Below, piece by piece: positions 49,184-57,970 of a stretch of DNA of 64,000 bases (positions are counted from its first letter, which is position 1; every line of letters starts with the position of its first letter). Position numbers and translations under genes: made by a program. The notes under the pieces are model-generated. The model was not told the DNA's origin and did not search any database. It was given only the letters and a program-made list of their open reading frames with translations. This stretch comes from an uncultured Planctomycetaceae bacterium (GTDB taxonomy: Bacteria; Planctomycetota; Phycisphaerae; SM23-33): positions 629 to 64,628 of the forward strand of contig CAYRVX010000021.1 in assembly GCA_964427875.1 (NCBI GenBank), in the 5' to 3' direction.

Positions 49184-49311
49184 GCAAGCCCCGCCGCCAG
49201 ACGCCCCGCGTGCACGAGACCAAATGAAGCCTTCGAAAGTCATTCCGTTCAGCGGGCGAGCCTGCTTGCCGCGTTTCGCCCAGGTCCGCACCGACAACTG
49301 ACGGGCAAAAC

Positions 49312-50250
49312 ATGGCAAAGACCACTGCACAGGAATTGCAGGAGTATCTGGACCCGAAGGTCCTGGCGAAGATCACGCGGCTGGACCTCCAGGCCCGCCT
49401 GGTGGTCGAGGGGTTTATCTCGGGCCTGCACCGCAGCCCGTTCCACGGGTTCAGCGTGGAGTTCGCCTCGCACCGCAAGTACGCCCCCGGCGACGACATC
49501 AAGCACATCGACTGGAAGGTCCTCGGGCGGACCGACCGCTACTACATCAAGCAGTACGAAGAGGAGACGAACCTCAAGGCCACCTTCCTCGTGGACGGCA
49601 GCGAGTCGATGCTGTACGGCACCAGCCGCAAGGAGGGCATGACGAAGTATCACTACTCGGCGGCGGTGGCGGCGTCCCTGGCGTTTCTGCTGCTCCAGCA
49701 GCAGGACGCGGTGGGCCTGGCCGTCTTCGACGAGGACCTGCGGACGTACCTGCCGGCCTCTTCGAACCCCAACCAGATCAAGTCGCTCGTCCACGCGATG
49801 GACGGCATCGACCCGAAGGCCAAGACGTCGCTGGAGCCCATCTGCCACTCGGTCGCCGAGAAGATCCCCCGCCGTGGCCTGGTGTGCCTCGTGAGCGACC
49901 TGTTCGTGGACGTCGACGGCGTGATCCGGGGCTTGCAGCACTTCCGCCACTACGACCACGAGGTCATCGTGCTGCACGTGATGGACGAGGACGAACTGAC
50001 CTTTCCCTTCCAGGGCAACACGATGTTCCGGGGCCTGGAGGAGACGGGGAACCTCACGATCGAGCCGCGAGCCCTCCGCCAGGGGTATATCGAGGCCGTG
50101 GAACGCTTCTGCACGGAAGTCAAACGGAAGTGCATCGCCAGCCGCATCGACTACAAGCTGATCTCCACGGCCGACCACCTGGACGCGGCCTTGCTGGCGT
50201 TCCTGGCCGCCCGCGCCGCCGCGACCCGCAAAGCAGGCTCCAAGCGCTAG
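49312..50250 (+). CDS. DUF58 domain (vWA-like) protein
   Basis: GLHRSPFHGFSVEFASHRKYAPGDDIKHIDWK, KQYEEET, VDGSESM, VSDL. Confidence 0.93.
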   Translation: MAKTTAQELQEYLDPKVLAKITRLDLQARLVVEGFISGLHRSPFHGFSVEFASHRKYAPGDDIKHIDWKVLGRTDRYYIKQYEEETNLKATFLVDGSESMLYGTSRKEGMTKYHYSAAVAASLAFLLLQQQDAVGLAVFDEDLRTYLPASSNPNQIKSLVHAMDGIDPKAKTSLEPICHSVAEKIPRRGLVCLVSDLFVDVDGVIRGLQHFRHYDHEVIVLHVMDEDELTFPFQGNTMFRGLEETGNLTIEPRALRQGYIEAVERFCTEVKRKCIASRIDYKLISTADHLDAALLAFLAARAAATRKAGSKR

Positions 50251-50764
50251 CCACAGAGGCACCGAGGCTCAGAGAGATCAGCAGAATGGATCGACATGAA
50301 GCTGCCCGACGGTGTGACGGAGATTCGAGGACAGAACTTCAGCGGAAGGAAGTACCCGCACAGGGAGCTCACCGAGAAGATCATCGGTTGTGCGATCGCC
50401 GTGCACAGGGAGCTTCAAGGCGGCTATGTGGAAGCCATCTACGAGAACGCGTTGGCCCACGAACTGAGGAAGGCAGGGCTGCTCGTTGAGCGGCAGGTCA
50501 AGTTCCCGGTGTACTACGACGGCGTTCCGGTCGGCGAGCACCGCGCCGATTTGATCGTGGAAAGGAAAGTGGTGGTGGAGCTGAAGGCCGTCGCCGACCT
50601 CGGCGATCAGCACGTTTCCCAGGTGATGAGCACGCTGCGGGCTGCCGGCATAAACGTAGGATTGCTGCTGAATTTCAACGAGGCGCGCCTGGTCGACGGC
50701 CTTCGCCGAATCGTCATGTAGGACCTTACATAGAATTGCCTCTGAGGCTCTGGGCCTCTGTGGC
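50250..50764. mobile_element. Candidate GxxExxY cassette bounded by 25-bp imperfect inverted repeats
   Basis: Left GCCACAGAGGCACCGAGGCTCAGAG (50250-50274) versus reverse complement of right arm (50740-50764) GCCACAGAGGCCCAGAGCCTCAGAG: 22/25 identical. Confidence 0.65.
50296..50721 (+). CDS. GxxExxY protein (PD-(D/E)XK nuclease-like)
   Basis: ELTEKIIGCAIAVHRELQGGYVEAIYENAL (GxxExxY), RADLIVERKVVVELKAV, GLLLNF. Confidence 0.93.
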   Translation: MKLPDGVTEIRGQNFSGRKYPHRELTEKIIGCAIAVHRELQGGYVEAIYENALAHELRKAGLLVERQVKFPVYYDGVPVGEHRADLIVERKVVVELKAVADLGDQHVSQVMSTLRAAGINVGLLLNFNEARLVDGLRRIVM

Positions 50765-50774
50765 AAACACCAAA

Positions 50775-53096
50775 ATGCCATTTTTACATCCCATCGTGTT
50801 CTGGACGGGGCTGGCGGCGGTTTCGGTGCCGATCCTGATCCATCTGCTGAACCGCAGGCGGTTCCGCATGATGAACTGGGCCGCCATGCAGTTCCTGTGG
50901 GACTCCGTCCGCAAAAACCGCCGCCGCCTGCGGATCGAGGAGCTCATCCTCCTGGCGCTTCGCTGCCTCCTGCTGGTGATGCTGGCGACGGCGCTGGCGA
51001 GGTTCACCGGGTGCAAGGCCATGCAGGCCCTGCCCGGCGGCACGGAGAGCCAGACCGCCGTCTTCCTCCTCGACGACAGCTACTCCATGGGCCAGCGCGT
51101 CGGCGGGGGGACGATCTTCTCGGCCGCGACGACCGACGTGGCCGAGCAGCTCAAAAAGCTCTCCCAGACCGACAAGGTGGCGATCCTCCGGACCTCGGGC
51201 GCCGACGGCGGCGAGCCGTTCTTCAAGCTCACTCACGTGGCCGACGCCGAGCTCGAGGAGTTGTCGGCGCGCCTGGCCGGGCTGACGCCGTCGGACGGGC
51301 GCGCCCGGCTCGACCGGGCGCTGGCAGCCGCAGGGAAGGTCTTCCAGGGCGACAAGTCCGTCGTACGGCGGCTGTACGTCTACAGCGACTTCCGGCGCGT
51401 GGACCTGGCCGCGGCCGGCGAGCCCGACGCGATCCGCGACGAGTTCGAGAACCTCCGGAAACTGAACGTGGACGTCGTCGCCATGGACTTCGGCCGCAAG
51501 CCCAAGGACAACCTCACGATCGAGTCCGTGGGGATGATCGAGAAGTTCGCCATCAGCGGCGTGCCGGTCCGGGTCCGGGTGGAGGTCCGCAACCACGGGC
51601 GGGCCGCGGCCAGGGACGTCGAGCTCCGGCTGACGGCGAGGGTCAGCACGGCCGAAGGCCTCCGCGAGGTCGAGCTGCCCACCGCAGCCATCGATTCCCT
51701 CGAACCTCGCAGCATCGGGCGGGTCGAGTTCCAGGTGACGTGCTCGCACCCCGGGCCCGCGGTCATCACGGCCGGCCTGCCTCCCGACGAGCTGGCCGCC
51801 GACGACCTCGCACACCTGGCCCTCGACGTGCGCCAGGCGATCAACGTGCTGGCCGTGGACGGGCGGCCGGACATATCCGACCCCACCGAGAGCGAGTCCT
51901 TCTTCTTCGTCCACGCGATCGACCCGGACCGCAACGGCAGCGAAGGCGCGAAGGTCGAGATCGTCTCCCCCAGCGCGATGGGCGAGAGTCCGCTGGCGAA
52001 CTACGACCTGGTGGCGCTGCTGAACGTCGGCGAGCTGCCGATCATGCTGGACGCCAACGGCGCCGCGCACTACCCCCAGCTCGATGCCCTGACGGAGTTC
52101 GTCCGTTCCGGCGGCGGGCTGGTGATCTTCACCGGCGAGGAGGTCAACCTGACGTTCTACAACGACGCCCTCTACGCCAACGGGTCGGGGCTCAGCCCGT
52201 ACCGCCTCGCGCCGCGGCTGGGCGACCCGGCGAAGCGAGACCGCTTCTTCCGCCTCGACCCCAAGAGCATCGCCTCCGAGGGCGTGCTGAAGGTCTTCAG
52301 GGATTTCCTCGCCGCCGGCGTGGACCCGACGCGGTTCATCCGCTTCTACGCCTTCCACGGCACGAGCCCCATGGGCCCGCCGCCCTCGTCGCCGGAGGTC
52401 AAGCCGCCGCGGGTGCTGGCGAGATTCGCCGACGAGGACAACTCTCCGGCCATCGTCGCGCGGCAGGTCGGCCGGGGCACGGTCCTGATGTTCTACACGT
52501 CGGCGACGATGGCCTGGAACGACTGGCCCGCCGACGAGAACGGCACGTACGTCGCCGTGCTGAACGACATGCTGGCGTACCTGGGGCGCCCGCAGGACCC
52601 GGGCCTCTCGGGACACGTCGGCGAGCCCGTCGTCTTCAGCCTGCCCCACGAGCTGCGCGACGCGACGGCCACGCTCAAGACGCCGCTGCATCCGACCCAG
52701 CCGGTGGTCCCCCTCGTGCCCGTCCGGAAGATGGACCGCCCCGACCGCCAGCCGGAGCAACTGCTGCGATACAAACGGGCGGACCACGCGGGCGCCTACA
52801 GCCTGGAGCTGGCCCTGCCGGACGAGACGACCCGGCAGGTCCTCTTCGCCCGGAACGTGGACCCGGCCGAGGGCGACCTGACGTGCGGGCGCGAAGCGGC
52901 ATTGGCCGCGGCGCTGGCAAGCGAGGAGTTCACCTACATGGACCGCACCGCCGCCCGACCCGGGCGGGTCGAGAAGCCCCAGGTGCACAAGGAGTACTGG
53001 ACGTGGGCGCTGGGAATCCTTGCCTTGCTGCTCGCCGTCGAGACCTTCCTCGCCCAGCGCTTCGGCCACTATGCGCCCACCGGAAAAGACCGATGA
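50775..53096 (+). CDS. BatA-domain / vWA / glutamine-amidotransferase-like membrane protein
   Basis: PILIHLLNRRR...WAAMQFL...LLALRCLL (BatA N-terminus), LLDDSYSM MIDAS, YSDF, FVRSGGGLVIF, C-terminal TM LLAVETFLA. Confidence 0.88.
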   Translation: MPFLHPIVFWTGLAAVSVPILIHLLNRRRFRMMNWAAMQFLWDSVRKNRRRLRIEELILLALRCLLLVMLATALARFTGCKAMQALPGGTESQTAVFLLDDSYSMGQRVGGGTIFSAATTDVAEQLKKLSQTDKVAILRTSGADGGEPFFKLTHVADAELEELSARLAGLTPSDGRARLDRALAAAGKVFQGDKSVVRRLYVYSDFRRVDLAAAGEPDAIRDEFENLRKLNVDVVAMDFGRKPKDNLTIESVGMIEKFAISGVPVRVRVEVRNHGRAAARDVELRLTARVSTAEGLREVELPTAAIDSLEPRSIGRVEFQVTCSHPGPAVITAGLPPDELAADDLAHLALDVRQAINVLAVDGRPDISDPTESESFFFVHAIDPDRNGSEGAKVEIVSPSAMGESPLANYDLVALLNVGELPIMLDANGAAHYPQLDALTEFVRSGGGLVIFTGEEVNLTFYNDALYANGSGLSPYRLAPRLGDPAKRDRFFRLDPKSIASEGVLKVFRDFLAAGVDPTRFIRFYAFHGTSPMGPPPSSPEVKPPRVLARFADEDNSPAIVARQVGRGTVLMFYTSATMAWNDWPADENGTYVAVLNDMLAYLGRPQDPGLSGHVGEPVVFSLPHELRDATATLKTPLHPTQPVVPLVPVRKMDRPDRQPEQLLRYKRADHAGAYSLELALPDETTRQVLFARNVDPAEGDLTCGREAALAAALASEEFTYMDRTAARPGRVEKPQVHKEYWTWALGILALLLAVETFLAQRFGHYAPTGKDR

Positions 53097-53118
53097 TAAC
53101 GGATTCGATCGTGCGGAA

Positions 53119-55713
53119 ATGAACAAGATCGTCACATGGCTGCTAGGCTCCGATCCGGCCCGGCTTTTCGGCGAGGGTAACTGGCGATTCGGCTTCGTGG
53201 CCGAATACGGCAACTACGTCAACCTCGCGCTGATGGCCCTGTTCGCGGCGATGGTGTACCTGATCGTCCGCAGCTACCGCCGGGAAGGGGACAACCCCGT
53301 CGGCGCAAAGGCCTTCCTGGCCGGCGTGCGGATCGCGATCTGCCTGCTGGTCCTGGCGGTGCTCTTCCGCCCGGCCATCGTGCTGCGGTTCACCCGCACC
53401 CTCTACTCGACCGTGCTCGTGCTGATCGACGACAGCCGGTCCATGTCGTTCACCGATCACTACGCCGATGCGAACGCGCAGGCGAAGATGGCCAGGCACA
53501 TGGGCGTCCAGCCGGACGAGCTGGCCGACTTCTCGCGGCTGCGCATCGTCCGGAAGTCGCTGGGAGGCGATTCGGGGGTCCTGGCGCGGCTGGCGAGCGA
53601 CCACCCGCTGATGTTGATGCGGTTCTCGACGGACAAGCCGGGGCAGGAGTCCTACACGCGCCCGCTGGGCCGGCCGCTGGGGTCGCCCGACGCCCGGTCC
53701 TCCGGGGGCGGCTCGGACGAGCAGCCGACCACGGCGCCGACGGGGCTGGTTGACGTACTGGGCCGCCTGACGGCCGGCGGCTACGAGACCAACCTTTCCG
53801 CGGCCCTTCGCGACGCCATCGAGAGCGTGGTGGGGCGGCGCGTGGCGGGGATCGTCCTCATCAGCGACGGGCAGATGACCACGGCGGGCGCCCGCGGGCG
53901 TCTGGCCGACGCGGTCGCCTACGCGAACCAGCAGGGACTGCGGCTGTATCCGGTGATGGTGGGCGACCCGACCCCGCCGAAGAACGTGGCCGTCACGGGC
54001 CTCCAGGCGCCGCGCGAGGTCCGCCGCGGGGCCAGCACCGAGTTCACCGTCGTGCTGGCCCACCGCAACCTGTCCGGCAGGAGCGTTGCGGTCAAGCTGC
54101 TGCGACGTCCCAGAGACTCCCAGAGCTGGACGCCGACGGGGATCAGCAAGACGGTGGTGCTCAACGGGGAGACGAAGGCGCCGCTGGCGGCGGGCGGGGG
54201 GATCGGGAGAACCAAGGGCGTCCAGACCATCGAGCTCCAGGTGGAGCCGGACAAGATCGGCCAGTTCGTCTACCGCGCGATCATCGACCCGATCCCCGAG
54301 GAGAGGAACCGCGCGGACAACGCCGCCGAGGCGGAGGTGAAGGTCTCCGACGAGAAGATCAAGGTGCTGCTCATCAGCGGCGACGCCGGCTGGGAGCTCC
54401 AGTACGTCCGCAACTTCCTGCTCCGCCAGCCGGAGCTCTATCGCCTGAGCACCTGGCAGCAGAACGCCGACAAGGAGCTGAACCAGTCGGCCTCGACGGG
54501 CATGAAGCTCGACCGCCTGCCAAGGACGCTCGGCGAGCTGGCCGGCTCGCCCGGGGGCAAGCCCCATCCCGGCTACGACGTGGTCATCCTGTACGATCCC
54601 CAGCCGACGGTGGACGGTTTCGACGGGGAGTTCGTCAAGAACCTCCGCATCTTCGTCGAGCGACACGGCGGCGGACTGTGTTACATCGTGGGCAACAAGT
54701 ACTCGGCCCCGGTCCTTCGCAGCAGAGGCCCGTACGAGGAGCTGGCGGGGATGCTCCCGGTGGTGCTGGGGCCGAACACGAGCGACATCGTGGAGCGCAT
54801 CGGCCGGCGCCGGCCACAGGCGTGGGGCGTCCAGATCACCACGTACGGCGCCGACCACCCGGTAACGCGTTTCGCCGGGACGGCCAAGGAGAGCGTGAAC
54901 GTCTGGCAGGCGCTGCCGGGCATCTACTGGTCGCACCCGATCCTGAAGACCAAGCCGCTGGCCCGCACGCTGGCGGTCAGCTCGAACCCGCTGCGGCGGA
55001 CCGCGGGCAGGAACGAGCCGGAGCCGCTGCTGGTCGCCCAGCCGTTCGGCATGGGGCGGGTGCTGTACCTCGGCTTCGACGGCACGTGGCGGTGGCGGTT
55101 CCTTCGCGACGGGTACTACCACCGCCTGTTCTGGTCGAACGTGGTGCGCTACCTCGCGACGCTCCGCGCGCGGCACGTGGTGATCACGGCGGGGGGCGAC
55201 CGGTTTTCGGCCGGCGAGCGGATCACCATCGAGGCCGAGGCCTACGACGAGAACTTCAGCCCGCTCAAGGCCGCCACGCTCGAGGTCGAGATGATCGACC
55301 TGGCCACGCAGAAGACCGAGACGATCGTCCTGAAGGCGGTCGCGGACAAGCCCGGGCGCTACAAGGCCACCATCCGGGCGGCCCGCACGGGCACCTTCGA
55401 GCTGACGGCCCTGAAGGGCGACCCGATGGCCAGGGAGAAGGTGCAGTCGAAGACAATCCGCATCGAGCTCCCCAAGGCCGAGTCGATCCGGACCGAAGCC
55501 GACCGGGCCACCATGGAGAACATCGCGTCGCGGCGGGAGAACTTCCTCGAGATCCACCAGATCGACCGGCTCGCGGGGCTGATCCCGTCGGACCGCAAGA
55601 CCGCCGTGCGCAAGGTGCCCTGGGAGCTGTGGGACTCCAACCTCATGCTGCTTCTGATCGCGCTGCTGCTGGCGGTGGAGTGGATATTCCGCAAGAAACA
55701 CAACATGGCGTGA
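53119..55713 (+). CDS. vWA + GATase-like membrane protein
   Basis: Two N-terminal TMs, LIDDSRSM MIDAS, VLISDG, GMGRVLYLGFDGTWRWR, C-terminal LAVEWIFRKK. Confidence 0.85.
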   Translation: MNKIVTWLLGSDPARLFGEGNWRFGFVAEYGNYVNLALMALFAAMVYLIVRSYRREGDNPVGAKAFLAGVRIAICLLVLAVLFRPAIVLRFTRTLYSTVLVLIDDSRSMSFTDHYADANAQAKMARHMGVQPDELADFSRLRIVRKSLGGDSGVLARLASDHPLMLMRFSTDKPGQESYTRPLGRPLGSPDARSSGGGSDEQPTTAPTGLVDVLGRLTAGGYETNLSAALRDAIESVVGRRVAGIVLISDGQMTTAGARGRLADAVAYANQQGLRLYPVMVGDPTPPKNVAVTGLQAPREVRRGASTEFTVVLAHRNLSGRSVAVKLLRRPRDSQSWTPTGISKTVVLNGETKAPLAAGGGIGRTKGVQTIELQVEPDKIGQFVYRAIIDPIPEERNRADNAAEAEVKVSDEKIKVLLISGDAGWELQYVRNFLLRQPELYRLSTWQQNADKELNQSASTGMKLDRLPRTLGELAGSPGGKPHPGYDVVILYDPQPTVDGFDGEFVKNLRIFVERHGGGLCYIVGNKYSAPVLRSRGPYEELAGMLPVVLGPNTSDIVERIGRRRPQAWGVQITTYGADHPVTRFAGTAKESVNVWQALPGIYWSHPILKTKPLARTLAVSSNPLRRTAGRNEPEPLLVAQPFGMGRVLYLGFDGTWRWRFLRDGYYHRLFWSNVVRYLATLRARHVVITAGGDRFSAGERITIEAEAYDENFSPLKAATLEVEMIDLATQKTETIVLKAVADKPGRYKATIRAARTGTFELTALKGDPMAREKVQSKTIRIELPKAESIRTEADRATMENIASRRENFLEIHQIDRLAGLIPSDRKTAVRKVPWELWDSNLMLLLIALLLAVEWIFRKKHNMA

Positions 55714-55714
55714 G

Positions 55715-57934
55715 ATGAACCCTACGGAACGAACCGAACTTGTGCGGGCGGAGATACGAGGCAAGCTCAGCGCCTTGCGGCTGGCGATCTCGACGCGGCT
55801 GGCGATGGAGGGCGTGGCGTGGACGGTGGCGGCCCTGGTCGCCCTGGTGTTCGTGACGCTGGCGTTCGACTACCTCCTGCGCCTGGAGCGCCCGCTGAGG
55901 GCGCTGATCATGGTCCTCGCCGTCGCAGGCGTGCTGGCGGTCGTCTGGCGGCACCTGGTGGTTCCGCTTCGCGTGCCGATGGGCGCGGCGGCCCTGGCGC
56001 TGCTGGTCGAGAGGCGCTTCAGGCAGTTGGGCGACCGGCTGATCAGTGCCATCCAGTTCAGCCAGTCGGCGGACGCCGAGGCGATGGGCATCAGCGCCGC
56101 GATGATCGCCCGGACGGCCGCCGAGGCGAACGACCTCGCCGAGCCGCTTCGCTTCAACGAGGTCGTCGAACGGCGGGGCATCTTTCGAACGTGGTCCGTC
56201 GCCGGCTGCGCGCTTGGGCTGCTGGTCGGCTTCGGCATCTGGCAGCCGGACATCCTCGGCCGGTGGTTCAGCCGGAACGTGCTCTTCGCCGAGACCCCCT
56301 GGCCGCAGAAGACGTACCTGTCGGTCCGCGGCGACCCGGCGAACTTCACGGTCCTTCGCGGCGACGACCTGACGGTGATCGTGGAGGTCGAGCCGCGAAG
56401 CAGCGTCGTGCCGGACCACGTCACGCTCCACGCGCAGTACGCGGCCATCGGCAGGACGGAAGAGCGGATCGACGCCGACCGCGACAACCCGCGCAGGTTC
56501 GTGAAGGTCTTCCCCGCCGTGCCGGAGGAGTTCGAGTTCTACGTCACCGGCGGCGACGACCGCCGCGACGCCCGCAACCCGCATCGGGTGGTCCTGATCG
56601 AGCCCCCCGCCCTGCGAAAGGTCCGCTTCACCGTGAGGTACCCGAGCTACATGAAGCGCGCCCGCCCGGAGGAAGTGCCCGGCAGCTCCGGCGCGCTGCC
56701 CGTGCCGATCGGGGCCGAGGTGACCATCAGGGCCGAGTCGAACAAGCCGCTGCGCTCGGCGGCGATCCTGCTCGACGGGAAGGTCGTCAGCCAGATGCGG
56801 CGAGAGGTCCGCGGGGACGGCACGGCCGACACAACGGGCAAACGGCACGTCGGCTCATTCGAGGTGACCGGCGCCAACAAGCCCGCGACGAAAATCCTGC
56901 GGTTCGCCTTGACGGACCTGGACGGCCACTCCAGCCGGCGCGGGGCAAAGTACATGGTCCAGCTCCAGCCGGACCACCGGCCCACGGTGAACATGAAGAA
57001 GCTGCGGATCGGCGCGAGCATCTCGCCGCGGGCCATCATCCCGCTGCGGCTGCACGTCAAGGACGACCACGGGATCGCCGCGGCGGAGATCCTCGTCGGC
57101 AGGTCCGCCGACGCGACGGATGCCAATTCCCAGCCGGTCGGCCTGGGGGCGGACGTCGGGCGAGAACTCCAGACGCGCCACGAGCTGGACATCGAGCCGC
57201 TGCACCTGAAGCCCGACAGCGCTATCCACGTGACGGCCCGGTCCACCGATACGCTCCCCGCCGCCTACGGGGGGCCCAACGTCGGCAGCAGCAGCGCGTT
57301 GAGCTTCAAGATCGTCAAACCGGAAGACCTGATGGAGGCCTTTGTCCAGAGGCAGAAGAAGATCCGGCTGGAGTTCCTCCAGGCGATGGCCCTCCAGGAC
57401 AGCGCGGCGGCCGAGACCGCCGCGGCGGTGGCCATCTTCGCCGCCGGCCGCGTCGATCCCGAGGCCCGGCGCCTGCTGGCCTCGTCGGCCGGCCAACAGC
57501 AGAACGTCGGCGCCGAGATCGCCAAGGCCGCCGACAGCCTCGACAACATCGTCGAGGAGATGAAAAACAACCGGATCGGGACCAAGACCTCGCGCGAACA
57601 AATCCGCGGCGGGATCGTCAAACCTCTCAGGCAGTTGGCCGAGCCCGTACGCAAGGTCACCGGCGCGATCAACGCCACCAAGGCGCTGCGCGACCCGGCC
57701 GAGCTGGGCCGGCAGGCCAACGCCATCGAGGAGATCCAACGGGACATACTCGCCCAGATGGACGACGTCCTCCAGCGAATGATCAAGCTGGAGAACAAGC
57801 AGGAATTGGCCAACAAGCTGCGACTGATCATCGGGTGGTCGGAAAAGCTGCTCCGGTCGATCAGGGAAAAGCAGGAGGCCGAGGTCGGAAACGTTTTCGA
57901 TTCGACCACCCAGCCCGGCAAGAAGCCGGACTGA
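55715..57934 (+). CDS. Membrane-anchored Ig-like/coiled-coil protein (DUF4175-like)
   Basis: N-terminal TMs, ALLVERRFRQLGDRLISAIQF, VRYPSYM, DDHGI, C-terminal coiled coil. Confidence 0.75.
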   Translation: MNPTERTELVRAEIRGKLSALRLAISTRLAMEGVAWTVAALVALVFVTLAFDYLLRLERPLRALIMVLAVAGVLAVVWRHLVVPLRVPMGAAALALLVERRFRQLGDRLISAIQFSQSADAEAMGISAAMIARTAAEANDLAEPLRFNEVVERRGIFRTWSVAGCALGLLVGFGIWQPDILGRWFSRNVLFAETPWPQKTYLSVRGDPANFTVLRGDDLTVIVEVEPRSSVVPDHVTLHAQYAAIGRTEERIDADRDNPRRFVKVFPAVPEEFEFYVTGGDDRRDARNPHRVVLIEPPALRKVRFTVRYPSYMKRARPEEVPGSSGALPVPIGAEVTIRAESNKPLRSAAILLDGKVVSQMRREVRGDGTADTTGKRHVGSFEVTGANKPATKILRFALTDLDGHSSRRGAKYMVQLQPDHRPTVNMKKLRIGASISPRAIIPLRLHVKDDHGIAAAEILVGRSADATDANSQPVGLGADVGRELQTRHELDIEPLHLKPDSAIHVTARSTDTLPAAYGGPNVGSSSALSFKIVKPEDLMEAFVQRQKKIRLEFLQAMALQDSAAAETAAAVAIFAAGRVDPEARRLLASSAGQQQNVGAEIAKAADSLDNIVEEMKNNRIGTKTSREQIRGGIVKPLRQLAEPVRKVTGAINATKALRDPAELGRQANAIEEIQRDILAQMDDVLQRMIKLENKQELANKLRLIIGWSEKLLRSIREKQEAEVGNVFDSTTQPGKKPD

Positions 57935-57970
57935 GCCGGGAACGGGAATCTCCACCATAAGGAGCGCATC

